Below, piece after piece: positions 1 to 9,183 of a stretch of 18,321 nt of DNA (positions are counted from its first letter, which is position 1; each line of letters begins with the position of its first letter). Under the pieces are notes generated by a model, which was given only the letters and a program-made list of their open reading frames with translations, did no database searches and was not told the DNA's origin. Origin of the DNA: Bacteriovoracaceae bacterium (GTDB lineage Bacteria; Bdellovibrionota; Bacteriovoracia; Bacteriovoracales; Bacteriovoracaceae); assembly GCA_049599895.1 (NCBI GenBank), contig JBMYPC010000058.1, positions 1 to 18,321 of the forward strand. The letters run 5' to 3'. Both the position numbers and the translations under genes were made by a program.

Positions 1-675
1 TGAAGGGACTTCACTTTCATGCCAATAAGTATTATCCATCCCTAAAGGTGCCAAGATCTCTTGTTTGATATAATCACTCACATCCATCCCAGAAATCCTT
101 GTGACAACTTCACCTAATAAAGTAATTCCCACATTAGAATAAAGATAAGCATAACCTGGATACCAAGACATACCAGAACCATCTTCAACGAAAGACGTTC
201 CTAAAGCAGGGTTAAGGAGCTCTTTAATAAGCCCATTAACAGATTGGTCCAAAGGCATAGGATGTCTAATTAAGCCAGAGCTATGAGTAAGGAGATGGCG
301 AATGGTGATTTTGGGTGAATCTGGATAAGGATAGGCAAGGGCCCTTAATTCATGAATAGTATCCTCAACAAGATCATCTAATTTAAGAAGACCCTTTTCT
401 CTAAGTTGAACAATTGCTGTCGCCGTAAAAGTTTTTGTTAATGAACCAATTCGAAAAACGGTTTCTCTTTCAACCGGAAGAGAATTTTCCACATCTCTCT
501 TTCCAATTGTTTGAAAATGCTCAACTCGACCATCTTTAACTAAGGCCACAACGCTTCCAGGAGCAATAAGCTTTGACTGATTCTCATCAATATATTTTTT
601 TGTGATCTCTTTATAATCAAGACCGTAACCATTTAATGAGAATGTAAAAAGAATGAGAAATAATAACTGTTTCAT
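1..675 (-). CDS. Serine hydrolase, beta-lactamase/PBP family, with signal peptide (3' end runs off the window)
   Basis: Not in the ORF track; manual translation from ATG at 675 gives MKQLLFLILFTFSLNGYG...VFRIGSLTKTFTA (SxxK)...ITIRHLLTHSSGL...YLYSNVG (YxN)...ILAPLGM. AGGAG SD lies upstream. Confidence 0.93.
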   Translation of the reverse strand, partial: MKQLLFLILFTFSLNGYGLDYKEITKKYIDENQSKLIAPGSVVALVKDGRVEHFQTIGKRDVENSLPVERETVFRIGSLTKTFTATAIVQLREKGLLKLDDLVEDTIHELRALAYPYPDSPKITIRHLLTHSSGLIRHPMPLDQSVNGLIKELLNPALGTSFVEDGSGMSWYPGYAYLYSNVGITLLGEVVTRISGMDVSDYIKQEILAPLGMDNTYWHESEVPS

Positions 676-713
676 CAGGAGCTCCTTTTATTGAGGAGCC
701 TATTTGCTATCTA

Positions 714-734
714 AGTTGTCAGAATAAGACAACT
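714..734. promoter_or_regulatory. Inverted repeat AGTTGTC-N7-GACAACT (operator or terminator-like hairpin) between cfa-like gene and hydrolase
   Basis: Perfect 7-bp arms at 714-720 and 728-734; function not determinable. Confidence 0.35.
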
Positions 735-766
735 CTGTCTCCAAAAAACAGTAAAGACGACACAGC

Positions 767-2038
767 CTAAGTGTTCGATATCATGTCATGATTATCTCTG
801 TAGCGAATATTATTAGGTTTTATCAACACAATTTGCACATCGCTAATGTTTCTTTCTTGAAAAGCAGCTTCACAATAACATAAATAATATTTCCACTTTC
901 TAAAGAAAATTTCATCCATTCCAAGTTCTTCAATCTTCCCTCTTTGGGCTTCAACCTTTTCATCCCAAATTCTCAACGTTTTTGAATAGTGAAGACCAAT
1001 GTCTCTTAAGTTATGAAGATGAAGATCTGTTTTTTCACAAGCCTTAGTCATTGCTCCAACAGATGGGAGAAGTGAGCCTGGGAAAATATGCTTTTGAATA
1101 AAGTCGACTCCCTTTCGAAACATATCATAACGAGAATCAGGAGACGTAATCGCTTGAATAACTGCCACACCTTCTTTTTTAAGAAGTCTATTGATTGTCT
1201 CAAAATATTCAGGGAGGTATTCATGCCCAACAGCTTCGATCATTTCAACAGACACGACTTTATCGTATTGGCCATCAAGGTCTCTATAGTCTTTAAGAAT
1301 AATTGTGATCTTATCCTCAAGGCCTAATCGCTTCACTCGTTCTCTTGCATAATCATACTGAGCTTGTGAAATCGTCACTCCGGTTACCTCGCAATTGAAG
1401 TTTGTTACAGCATGGACTGCAAATCCGCCCCATCCACAACCAATCTCAAGAATGTGATCACCATCTTGAATATCGAGGTCGTGACAAAGCATTTCAAGCT
1501 TTTTAATTTGTGCAGCCTTAAGATCAGTGTTTTCGTCTTCAAAAATCCCACATGAATAGCTCATTGTTTCATCGAGCATCATTTCATAAAAGTCATTGCT
1601 AAGATCGTAATGAAAAGAGATATTGCTTCGTGATCCTGTTTTACTGTTGCGATTAAAAAGATGAGAGATCTTATTCACTTGCCCTAAAAGGTTAACAGAA
1701 AGATCTTTGACCTTGGACCCAGAGATCACCCCTGAGGTCTCAGCATTTTGGATTGCCCATCTCACAAGCTTTGTAAGATCAGTCGTTTCCCAATCTCCGT
1801 CACAATAAGATTCACCAAAGCCGACATCTCCAGAGAGAACAAACTTTTTAAAGAAGTCTCTGTTATTGATCGTTAAGTCGACTTTCAGTCCCTCGCCATC
1901 ACCAATAAAAAAACTTTCACCTGAAGGTAAAGTTAAATTAAGAGTTCCTTTTTGGAATCGTTTAAGAACTGACATCACGATTTTTTCATAAAATCCGGAT
2001 GCTTGATAATTTCTTACTTGTGTTTGGGTGTTTTCCAT
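767..2038 (-). CDS. cfa: Cyclopropane-fatty-acyl-phospholipid synthase family SAM methyltransferase (CfaS/UfaM-like)
   Basis: GFGESYCDGDW, NISFHYDLSNDFY, DETMSYSC, ILEIGCGWGG, SVEMIEAVG, FIQKHIFPG, WKYYLCYCEAAF motifs; AGGAG SD. Confidence 0.93.
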   Translation of the reverse strand: MENTQTQVRNYQASGFYEKIVMSVLKRFQKGTLNLTLPSGESFFIGDGEGLKVDLTINNRDFFKKFVLSGDVGFGESYCDGDWETTDLTKLVRWAIQNAETSGVISGSKVKDLSVNLLGQVNKISHLFNRNSKTGSRSNISFHYDLSNDFYEMMLDETMSYSCGIFEDENTDLKAAQIKKLEMLCHDLDIQDGDHILEIGCGWGGFAVHAVTNFNCEVTGVTISQAQYDYARERVKRLGLEDKITIILKDYRDLDGQYDKVVSVEMIEAVGHEYLPEYFETINRLLKKEGVAVIQAITSPDSRYDMFRKGVDFIQKHIFPGSLLPSVGAMTKACEKTDLHLHNLRDIGLHYSKTLRIWDEKVEAQRGKIEELGMDEIFFRKWKYYLCYCEAAFQERNISDVQIVLIKPNNIRYRDNHDMISNT

Positions 2039-2790
2039 AAATAAAACTCCTGTTGTAAATCTTTATGCTCATCTTTTTTGAAATATTTTATTCCTTTCAT
2101 CCATAAGATCAGTGCGTGATAATGAATGAGAAAAATTGTTTTTAAAGTCACAAAGGGAACGATCGCGGTTTGTTTTAACAGTTCAGAGGTTGTTGCTTTT
2201 TTTTCTTCTCCGTTAAACCACACTTTCAAAACACTTTGATCTTGGTCTTGATCATCAATAAATATCGATATTTTCTCATTCTCTTTTTTAAATACAAAAG
2301 TCATCTCATTGTCGTGTTTCAAAAAAGGGGAAATATAAAACATCTTTTTTGTTTTAAAGACAAAACCTTCCCTTTTAAAGGATTCATGAGAAACAAAAAA
2401 AGGTTTCTGTTCGTTGAAAGTATTTCCAATTTCAATAATCGCGTGATGTTTTCCTGTCACATCTTTTAAAAGGGCGAAACTAACCGGATTAAAGACATAA
2501 CCCAAGAAGCGAAAAGATGTGTAAAGAGAAATTTCGACAACTTCATCTTGAAGACCATTTTGCTTTGCAAACTGTATATAATTATCTTTTGCAGAACTCA
2601 TTCCAAGCTTAAGATGATCGCTATCAAAAAAAGAATATAGTGATGATTGATTGATACCAACAAATTTCGTTGGCCATCTCCCAAGGTTAAAAAGATTGAT
2701 TTTAAACCAAAAGAACCTGTGTTCAAACTTATAACTCTTTGGAGAAAAACGCTTATGAAGAACCTTAAAGGGAACGATCGCAAACTCCAT
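2014..2790 (-). CDS. DUF1365 family protein (UfaO-like)
   Basis: HKRFSPKSYKF, RFLGYVFNPVSF, EIGNTFNE, KMFYISPF, IHYHALILWMKG; canonical position between FAD oxidoreductase and cfa. Confidence 0.9.
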   Translation of the reverse strand: MEFAIVPFKVLHKRFSPKSYKFEHRFFWFKINLFNLGRWPTKFVGINQSSLYSFFDSDHLKLGMSSAKDNYIQFAKQNGLQDEVVEISLYTSFRFLGYVFNPVSFALLKDVTGKHHAIIEIGNTFNEQKPFFVSHESFKREGFVFKTKKMFYISPFLKHDNEMTFVFKKENEKISIFIDDQDQDQSVLKVWFNGEEKKATTSELLKQTAIVPFVTLKTIFLIHYHALILWMKGIKYFKKDEHKDLQQEFYLWKTPKHK

Positions 2791-4035
2791 CTAAAGTACC
2801 TCTTTTCCTAAAATACGAGAACACAAGTTCACACTTGAAAGGAGGGCATCTTCATGAAATCCATAGCGATAATAACTACCAGTAAAATGAAGGTCAGACT
2901 GTGCATTCAGCTCATCAATCTTTGTCTGAGCAAGCATTGCGGGGACATCAAAGACGGGATGGTGATAAGTAATCTTATTAATGACATGTTTTTCATCAAC
3001 ATAATTTTCACCATTAATATTCACAAAGAAGTTTTTCTTTTCACTTACTCCCTGGAGACGGTTCATGTAATAAACCGTATAAGCTTCATCGTTTTTCATC
3101 ATAAAATTCCATGATGACCAGTTTTTCTTAAGCTTTGGCATGACTGATTCGTCTGTATGGACTGTGGCAATGTTTTTTTGATAAGAAAACTTTGAAAGGA
3201 CCTCATCTTGAAAACGACTTGGTTTATCAAGCATCCCCAATGCTTCATCTGCATGAGCTGCGATGATAACTTTATCAAATTGAAAGTTCTCATTCGCTGT
3301 TGAAACTTCAATAAATCCTTCTTTTTGACTAACTTTCTTAACCCCTGAACTTGTTTGAATATCATCCTTAAAGCTCTCTATAATCCTATTGCGATACTCG
3401 CGACTCCCCCCTTCAACTGTTCTCCATTGAAGCTGTGTGTTTACTCCGACAAAACCATGATTATGAAAAAAACGAACGAGTGATTTTGCAGGAAACTCTT
3501 TCATTTTCTCAATAGGTGTTGACCAAACTGCTGAACTCATCGGAATTAAAAAATTATTTAAAAAGTAATCACTTAAACCGAGATGATCTATATATTCTCC
3601 AATAGTCAGCTCACTCATTTCGGCTCGAGACAACATATTGAGTGCATCACCATTAAACTTTAAAATCTCTTTAATCATTCTTAGAAATTTCAAATTCAAT
3701 AAGTTCTTTCTTTGTGCAAACAATCCATCAAGATTCGAGCCATTATACTCGAGGTCAAGCTCTTCATTCCTGACACTGAAGCTCATGTCAGTATTCTTGC
3801 AAGGAACATTTAGCTTATTAAAAAGCTTTAAAAGATTGGGATAAGTTTTATCATTGAAAACCATGAAACCAGTGTCCATTGGACAAAGTTTTTCGCCATC
3901 ATGAACATCAACCGTATTAGTATGGCCACCAACATAATCATTTTTTTCAAATAAGGTAATTTGAAAATGATCTTTTAAAAAATAGGCAGCACTCATGCCA
4001 GCAATGCCCGTTCCGATGATGGCGCACTTTCTCAT
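2791..4035 (-). CDS. FAD-dependent oxidoreductase, amine-oxidase-like (UfaD-like)
   Basis: Start revised to MRKCAIIGTGIAG at 4035 (ATGA overlap with upstream stop); FEKNDYVGGHTNT, DTGFMVFNDKTYPN, GSYYRYGFHEDAL. Confidence 0.92.
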   Translation of the reverse strand: MRKCAIIGTGIAGMSAAYFLKDHFQITLFEKNDYVGGHTNTVDVHDGEKLCPMDTGFMVFNDKTYPNLLKLFNKLNVPCKNTDMSFSVRNEELDLEYNGSNLDGLFAQRKNLLNLKFLRMIKEILKFNGDALNMLSRAEMSELTIGEYIDHLGLSDYFLNNFLIPMSSAVWSTPIEKMKEFPAKSLVRFFHNHGFVGVNTQLQWRTVEGGSREYRNRIIESFKDDIQTSSGVKKVSQKEGFIEVSTANENFQFDKVIIAAHADEALGMLDKPSRFQDEVLSKFSYQKNIATVHTDESVMPKLKKNWSSWNFMMKNDEAYTVYYMNRLQGVSEKKNFFVNINGENYVDEKHVINKITYHHPVFDVPAMLAQTKIDELNAQSDLHFTGSYYRYGFHEDALLSSVNLCSRILGKEVL

Positions 4036-5060
4036 TTTACGCTCTTTCCAAAAAGGTAATGACCAACAAACCACTCATCACCCTTATTGAACTTCCAAAG
4101 TTCTTCACAACTCATAAAAAAGACACGCCAATAGTTAAACCACTTGCGTTCCTCACCTTTAGGATAATGACTTTTAAAAATTTCGAGAATTTCTTGTCTA
4201 TTACTGTCCATATTCTCAAGCCAGGCCCTTGCGGTTTTGGCATAATGAGTTCCATTCACTCGCCAATAGTCTTTAATTCTCAGATGATCTTGAAAGGAAT
4301 AGAATAAATCTTCACTTGGCATGATCCCACCACTAAAGAAATACTTACTCATCCAATCTGATTCATCCACGACCTCATATTTATAGGAAAGCTCTTTGTG
4401 AGCAAAGATATGAACAAACAGTGTTCCTTTATCTGTTAGCCACCCATTGATTCTTTCAAGAAGGACCTGATAATTTCTCATGTGCTCAAACATTTCAATC
4501 GAGATCACACGATCAATCTTTCTCTCGATATCGAATTCTGCAACATTGGCGGTAATAATCTCAATATTATTAAGATCCTTTTTAAATGCTTTTTCTTTTA
4601 TAAAGTCACCTTGAGACTTCGAATTTGAAACTGCAGTCACTTTGCTATTGGGAAACTTCTCGGCCATATAAAGAGTAATTGCTCCCCAGCCATGACCAAG
4701 TTCAAGAATCGAATCACCATCTTGAATTCCCGCTCTTTCAACAGTTAATGCCAGCATCTCTTCTTCAGCTGAATCAAGATCTGTCGCATGATCCCAATGA
4801 CAACAGCTATATTTAAGCCTCGCTCCAAGCGACTTCTCAAAGAAATCTGTTGGCACCATGTAATGCTGATCATTGGCTTTATCAGTTTCAATTGCAATCG
4901 GTGAATTTCGAAGCTCATTAATGAGTTCATTTTTTCTTTTATTCGCAAGCTCTTTTTCTTCTCCGTACTCGTCTTTTAATCTTTGTTTTAAAAGAGATTT
5001 AATACCACCACGGATAACGAAATCGGGAATGATTCCTCGACTCAACATTTGATCAATCAT
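4032..5060 (-). CDS. Second CMAS/CFA-family class I SAM methyltransferase (coclaurine N-methyltransferase-like subfamily)
   Basis: Start revised to MIDQMLSRG at 5060 (ATGA overlap); ANDQHY, LKYSCC, ILELGHGWGA, SIEMFEHMRNY, WMSKYFFSGGIMPS, WRVFFMSCEELW. Confidence 0.9.
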   Translation of the reverse strand: MIDQMLSRGIIPDFVIRGGIKSLLKQRLKDEYGEEKELANKRKNELINELRNSPIAIETDKANDQHYMVPTDFFEKSLGARLKYSCCHWDHATDLDSAEEEMLALTVERAGIQDGDSILELGHGWGAITLYMAEKFPNSKVTAVSNSKSQGDFIKEKAFKKDLNNIEIITANVAEFDIERKIDRVISIEMFEHMRNYQVLLERINGWLTDKGTLFVHIFAHKELSYKYEVVDESDWMSKYFFSGGIMPSEDLFYSFQDHLRIKDYWRVNGTHYAKTARAWLENMDSNRQEILEIFKSHYPKGEERKWFNYWRVFFMSCEELWKFNKGDEWFVGHYLFGKSVK

Positions 5061-5377
5061 GCTAATTCCTTTTGAAAAAGAGGTTTCTTCGCCAACAGGC
5101 GATAAATGATATAGGCAGTTGTTCCCATGCTGCCGAAGCAAATGAAGAGAACTAGCCAAACACCTTTTGAGATTGCACTTTTTTCTAAATAAACAACCCA
5201 GAACCAAAGAATGATTTGGTTAATATAAAAATCAATGATTGTGGCCTTAAACCACATTGGGCTTCCAGACCAACTGAATTCAGTAAAAAGGTTTTGCTGA
5301 GAACTTGCCCAAATAGTCGTTCCAAGCATTAAAAGAAATAAAAGGAAAAAGGGTAAACTCTTAGTTAGGTTATTCAT
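5057..5377 (-). CDS. Small membrane protein, DUF1475-like
   Basis: Three hydrophobic segments; PMWFKATIIDFY...WVVYLE...CFGSMGT pattern; AGGAG SD; operon context. Confidence 0.75.
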   Translation of the reverse strand: MNNLTKSLPFFLLFLLMLGTTIWASSQQNLFTEFSWSGSPMWFKATIIDFYINQIILWFWVVYLEKSAISKGVWLVLFICFGSMGTTAYIIYRLLAKKPLFQKELA

Positions 5378-5380
5378 ATT

Positions 5381-6160
5381 TCAACTCCTTTTTTGTCTCG
5401 GAAACCATGGGAAAAAAGTATTCGTTACATTTTTATATTCATCATATTCTTTATTCGATTCGTATTTTTTCTCGAGCATAGCGACACCTGAGACCTTCAA
5501 AATGAGAAAAGTTGTAAATAGCGGACCAAAGATTGCAAAATAAAACGGAACTTCGTTGATAATTAAAAAGAAGATTCCCCACCAAAGAAGAACCTCTCCA
5601 AAATAATTAGGATGTCTTGTGTATTGCCAAAGACCCGTTCTCAAAACTTTTCCACGGTTTTCTTCACGAGATTTAAAGACATGTTTTTGATAATCCCCTA
5701 TCGCTTCAAAGAGAAATCCGATAACCCAAATCGTAATCCCAATATAGTCAAAGACAGTTCCAAAGCTTTGGTTATCTGAATAGAAATGAATAAGAATAAG
5801 TGGTGAGGCCATTACAAGAGATAAAACTGCTTGAAGCATATAAACTCTTTTATAAGCGGTTTGATTTGCTTTTTCTCCCCACTCTTCTCTCCAGGCGGCG
5901 TAACGGTAATCTTCAGTTTTTGTTTTTGTTGAGCGGTAAAAAATATAACCACTTAATCTCAAGGCCCAAATCATGACCAAAAGCCCAATCACGCCTTCTC
6001 TGAGAGAAAGCTCGTCGCCAACAAAGTATCCGGAAGAGATAAAAATCAAAAGATAGCTTAAACCCCAGGCGATATCGATGACACTGAAGTCCTTTTTGAT
6101 CAAGGCCCAAACAAAGAATAAGTTAAAAAAAGCAAAAACAGTGAAGAAGACCCCGATCAT
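5381..6160 (-). CDS. DUF1295 / steroid 5-alpha-reductase-like membrane protein
   Basis: Probable start MIGVFF at 6160; SVIDIAWG, WALRL, EDYRY, EAIGDYQK, GLWQYTRHPNYFGE, FFPW. Confidence 0.92.
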   Translation of the reverse strand: MIGVFFTVFAFFNLFFVWALIKKDFSVIDIAWGLSYLLIFISSGYFVGDELSLREGVIGLLVMIWALRLSGYIFYRSTKTKTEDYRYAAWREEWGEKANQTAYKRVYMLQAVLSLVMASPLILIHFYSDNQSFGTVFDYIGITIWVIGFLFEAIGDYQKHVFKSREENRGKVLRTGLWQYTRHPNYFGEVLLWWGIFFLIINEVPFYFAIFGPLFTTFLILKVSGVAMLEKKYESNKEYDEYKNVTNTFFPWFPRQKRS

Positions 6161-6413
6161 AAAACTCTCTCTTTTGAGTAACTTTTGTCTATTGACGAGA
6201 AACCGCAACTTATTGTCATTGATGAGCTGCCTAAACCTTTTGAAACTGGCAAATTCGCCTCTTAAGCGCTTGAATAAGCTTTTGTGCCTAACTTTTTTTT
6301 CCCAGTTACTCCAAAATGCGACTGGACATTTTCCCAGTATGAATTAACATTCAACTTAAACATACCCTAAACAAGGGTCGTGATATAGTTGTGCAAAAGT
6401 TAAACGGGAATAG

Positions 6414-7157
6414 TTGATGACATTAGTACTTGGATTACTCGCAATACACTGGTTTATATCGCTGTTTTTACAGTCGTTCTTTCTGCATAGATATTGCTCG
6501 CACAAGATGTTTACCATGAGTCCATTTTGGGAAAAGACCTTTTATCTGTTCACTTACCTTGCTCAAGGCCCAAGTTTTCTTAATCCTTCAAGTTATTCAA
6601 TTATGCACCAAAGGCATCATGCTCATAGCGACACAAAAAAAGATCCTCATTCGCCAACAAATTCAAAATCGTTAATGGAGATGATGCTTAAAACCTATAA
6701 GCAATATAAGGAACTTTTAATTAATCACGAAAAAATCAAAGATGATGTCGTTATCCATAAGTCACCTAAGTGGGAGAGACTTGATAACTTTGCCGAAACT
6801 CATTGGAGCACATTGCTTTGGACAACGGTTTATTTAGGAACATATTATTTCCTTCAGGTTGAAGCAATATATTATATTCTTATTCCCATCCATTTTTTAG
6901 TCGGTCCAATCCAAGGAGCAATTGTTAATTGGTTTGGTCATAAAGTTGGATACCGCAACTTTAAAACTAAAGATCAAAGCAGAAACACACTCGCTGTTGA
7001 CTTTGCCCTTATGGGGGAGCTCTATCAAAACAACCATCACCGCTATGGACAAAAATTAAACTTTGCTCATAGATGGTTTGAAATAGATCTTACCTACCAG
7101 TTTTCAAGAATCTTAATCTTTCTCGGAGTCATTAAGCTTCAAAAGGATGAATTGTGA
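6414..7157 (+). CDS. Membrane acyl-CoA/acyl-lipid (delta-9-type) fatty acid desaturase
   Basis: His boxes HRYCSH, HQRHH, QNNHH; DPHSP; VNWFGHKVGYRNF; EIDLTY. Start is TTG 6414 or ATG 6417. Confidence 0.92.
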   Translation: MMTLVLGLLAIHWFISLFLQSFFLHRYCSHKMFTMSPFWEKTFYLFTYLAQGPSFLNPSSYSIMHQRHHAHSDTKKDPHSPTNSKSLMEMMLKTYKQYKELLINHEKIKDDVVIHKSPKWERLDNFAETHWSTLLWTTVYLGTYYFLQVEAIYYILIPIHFLVGPIQGAIVNWFGHKVGYRNFKTKDQSRNTLAVDFALMGELYQNNHHRYGQKLNFAHRWFEIDLTYQFSRILIFLGVIKLQKDEL

Positions 7158-7621
7158 AAAGACTTTTTTTTATTTTCCTTCTTCTCCCACAAGTTCTCAT
7201 CGCCTCTGAATTTAAGTTGGTGGGGAAAGCTTTGCTTGAGTTTTCAATCTTTAAGATTGATGTTTACGAAGTCTCCTACTTTAAAGGAAAAGATCAACAA
7301 GAGAAACTTGTCTTAAACTATTTTGTAGATGTTAAACGCGAACATTCAATTCAAGGCTGGGAAAAAGGCCTAAAGCATCTCAAAGATAAAGATCTGAAGT
7401 TTAACGAGCAGTTCAATTGGATTATTAAAAATACTGTGGATATTAAAAAAGGCGATATTTTCACTATTATAAAAGAAAACAATAAAGTGACTTTTCTCAA
7501 AAATAGTAAGCCTATTGCTTCCACTCAAAATACGATCCTGGCAAAGCTGGCTTTTGAGCCCTGGATAGGTGAAAAACCAATCGACAAAGACATTAAGAAT
7601 CAATTACTTAAGAACCTTTAA
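7154..7621 (+). CDS. Exported chalcone-isomerase-like (fatty-acid-binding fold) protein
   Basis: Signal peptide; VGKALLEFSIFKIDVYEVSY, DIKKGD, FEPWIGEKP...LL pattern; GTGA overlap with desaturase stop. Confidence 0.78.
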   Translation: MKRLFFIFLLLPQVLIASEFKLVGKALLEFSIFKIDVYEVSYFKGKDQQEKLVLNYFVDVKREHSIQGWEKGLKHLKDKDLKFNEQFNWIIKNTVDIKKGDIFTIIKENNKVTFLKNSKPIASTQNTILAKLAFEPWIGEKPIDKDIKNQLLKNL

Positions 7622-7762
7622 TCTCGGCAAAGGGACGACTTTCTTTTTCACCCTTCCCATCACCAAGGTCGAAAAAAGTTCAGAAATCGTCTATAACTAA
7701 AGCGCATTATAATCTTTTCACTTATCCACAAGAAACTCTGAAATCCATTAAAATCTTTCTCA

Positions 7763-8578
7763 ATGCGCTCTCTTATACTGATTTTTCTCTTTTTTATTGC
7801 ATTCAATCAATCCTATGCTTGCATTGAGGATATTCATCATTCCCAAGCCCAAACTGAAATTTCGTCTGATCAGAAAATTATTGATGCTTATAAAGACAGA
7901 GTTGCTAAAGAGAAAGGAAAAAAACCTAAAAATTATTTCCATTATTATATGGGAGAAGATCTCACGAATAATCGTCTTCCATATGCAGATGTAACGTTCT
8001 TTCTTGGAAGAGGTACTTTTGGTGAAGTTTATCGCCAGTATTACTCTGAAGGTAAGACAAAAGTTATAAAGGTTTATAATACAAACCTTTATCCGAATGG
8101 CGATATGGTAGATATCCCAAAAAGAATCGATGCCGACATTCAGACTTATGAATTTCTTGAACAAACGTTTAAAAAACTTAGTATTGAGAACATTCGGATT
8201 CCGAAAGTAAAAAAAGGGGAAAAGCCAGAGACTCTCGAAATTGAAGATATACCTGGAATAAACTTCTATAGTTTTTTAGTTGATGAAAGAAACGATATTG
8301 ACCTTGAAGTAAAACTTGCGATGTTAAGACAATACAAAGAAGCAAGTAACAAACTCGTTAAACATCTAGAAAGCCTTGGCCGTACAAAACGTCTTCATCA
8401 AGTTCACTCTTTTACCATTTTCGGTAGAAATCGAGAGAAGGCTAAAGTTGAACTTGAAAGAATAGACTTTGCGGGACAAACCCATAATTGGAATGACGAT
8501 GATTTTATTTCAACCAAACCAAATAACTTTATAGTCGACTCAAGAGACCTTTCAATTTACATGGCCGACCCAGGTTAA
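7763..8578 (+). CDS. Secreted protein with minimal protein-kinase-like domain
   Basis: Signal peptide (..SYA/C); Gly loop LGRGTFGEVY, VIKV lysine, IRIPKV, IEDIPG hinge, KPNNFIVD, terminal DPG. Confidence 0.7.
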   Translation: MRSLILIFLFFIAFNQSYACIEDIHHSQAQTEISSDQKIIDAYKDRVAKEKGKKPKNYFHYYMGEDLTNNRLPYADVTFFLGRGTFGEVYRQYYSEGKTKVIKVYNTNLYPNGDMVDIPKRIDADIQTYEFLEQTFKKLSIENIRIPKVKKGEKPETLEIEDIPGINFYSFLVDERNDIDLEVKLAMLRQYKEASNKLVKHLESLGRTKRLHQVHSFTIFGRNREKAKVELERIDFAGQTHNWNDDDFISTKPNNFIVDSRDLSIYMADPG

Positions 8579-8652
8579 AGTCTCTCGGGCTTCGACCCTG
8601 GTCCTTTATTCAGGTTTACCGAAACGCAGCTATTTTATAATTTTACAATCAG

Positions 8653-8661
8653 TGTTATAAT
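8653..8661 (+). promoter_or_regulatory. Extended -10 promoter TGnTATAAT
   Basis: TGTTATAAT ends 6 nt before ATG 8668; no SD present. Confidence 0.55.
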
Positions 8662-8667
8662 CCTATT

Positions 8668-9165
8668 ATGAATAATGAAAAGTTTAAACTCTGGAAACTT
8701 GCTCTTTCTACAATTCATGTTGACGGCGCTGTATCCCCAGAGGAGATCCATTGGTTTCGCAAGACATTAGACCGGCTTACAAAAAACAGTCTACTTAATT
8801 TCCCCCCTGATCAAATTCAGGAACTTGAAGCTTCACTTACAAGACCCACGCGTCAGTTTAAAGAAGAGTTTAAAAAATTAACAAATCCAGCAGACTGTAG
8901 CCAACTCGTTCACATATTTAGGATTGTCTCTCACCTTGATAAAGACTTTTCAGAAGATGAAAAATCTCTTTACAAAGAACTTGAAGAGCTGTGCTTTGAA
9001 AGCGTTAATTTAGAAGAAATACAATCCCAAATTAAGCAGATGGAAAAAGAGTCTTATCATGAAGATAACGTCTACAAGGTTCATAACCCTCATTCTAAAT
9101 TTGAAGCCTTTTTCAAAAGTATAATGAAAGTCCTAAACCCTGGCGATTACGAGTTTCCGGATTAA
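8668..9165 (+). CDS. TerB-family (tellurite-resistance-like) protein
   Basis: Paired acidic motifs HVDGAVSPEE and HLDKDFSEDE typical of the TerB fold. Confidence 0.72.
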   Translation: MNNEKFKLWKLALSTIHVDGAVSPEEIHWFRKTLDRLTKNSLLNFPPDQIQELEASLTRPTRQFKEEFKKLTNPADCSQLVHIFRIVSHLDKDFSEDEKSLYKELEELCFESVNLEEIQSQIKQMEKESYHEDNVYKVHNPHSKFEAFFKSIMKVLNPGDYEFPD

Positions 9166-9183
9166 GCTTGTCCTCTTGTAAGA

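Noticed and set aside
1048..6347. Short alternative-frame and antisense ORFs within the lipid operon
   Set aside because: Fully overlap well-supported genes; shadow ORFs.
6161..6413. RpoE/ChrR or CarH/LitR-type regulatory sites in the divergent lipid promoter region
   Set aside because: No TGATC-type -35 found; the TTTGTGCCTAACT / AGTTGTGCAAAAG similarity is too weak to call.
7722..7730. Perfect DnaA box TTATCCACA
   Set aside because: Single copy with no origin context; could be chance.
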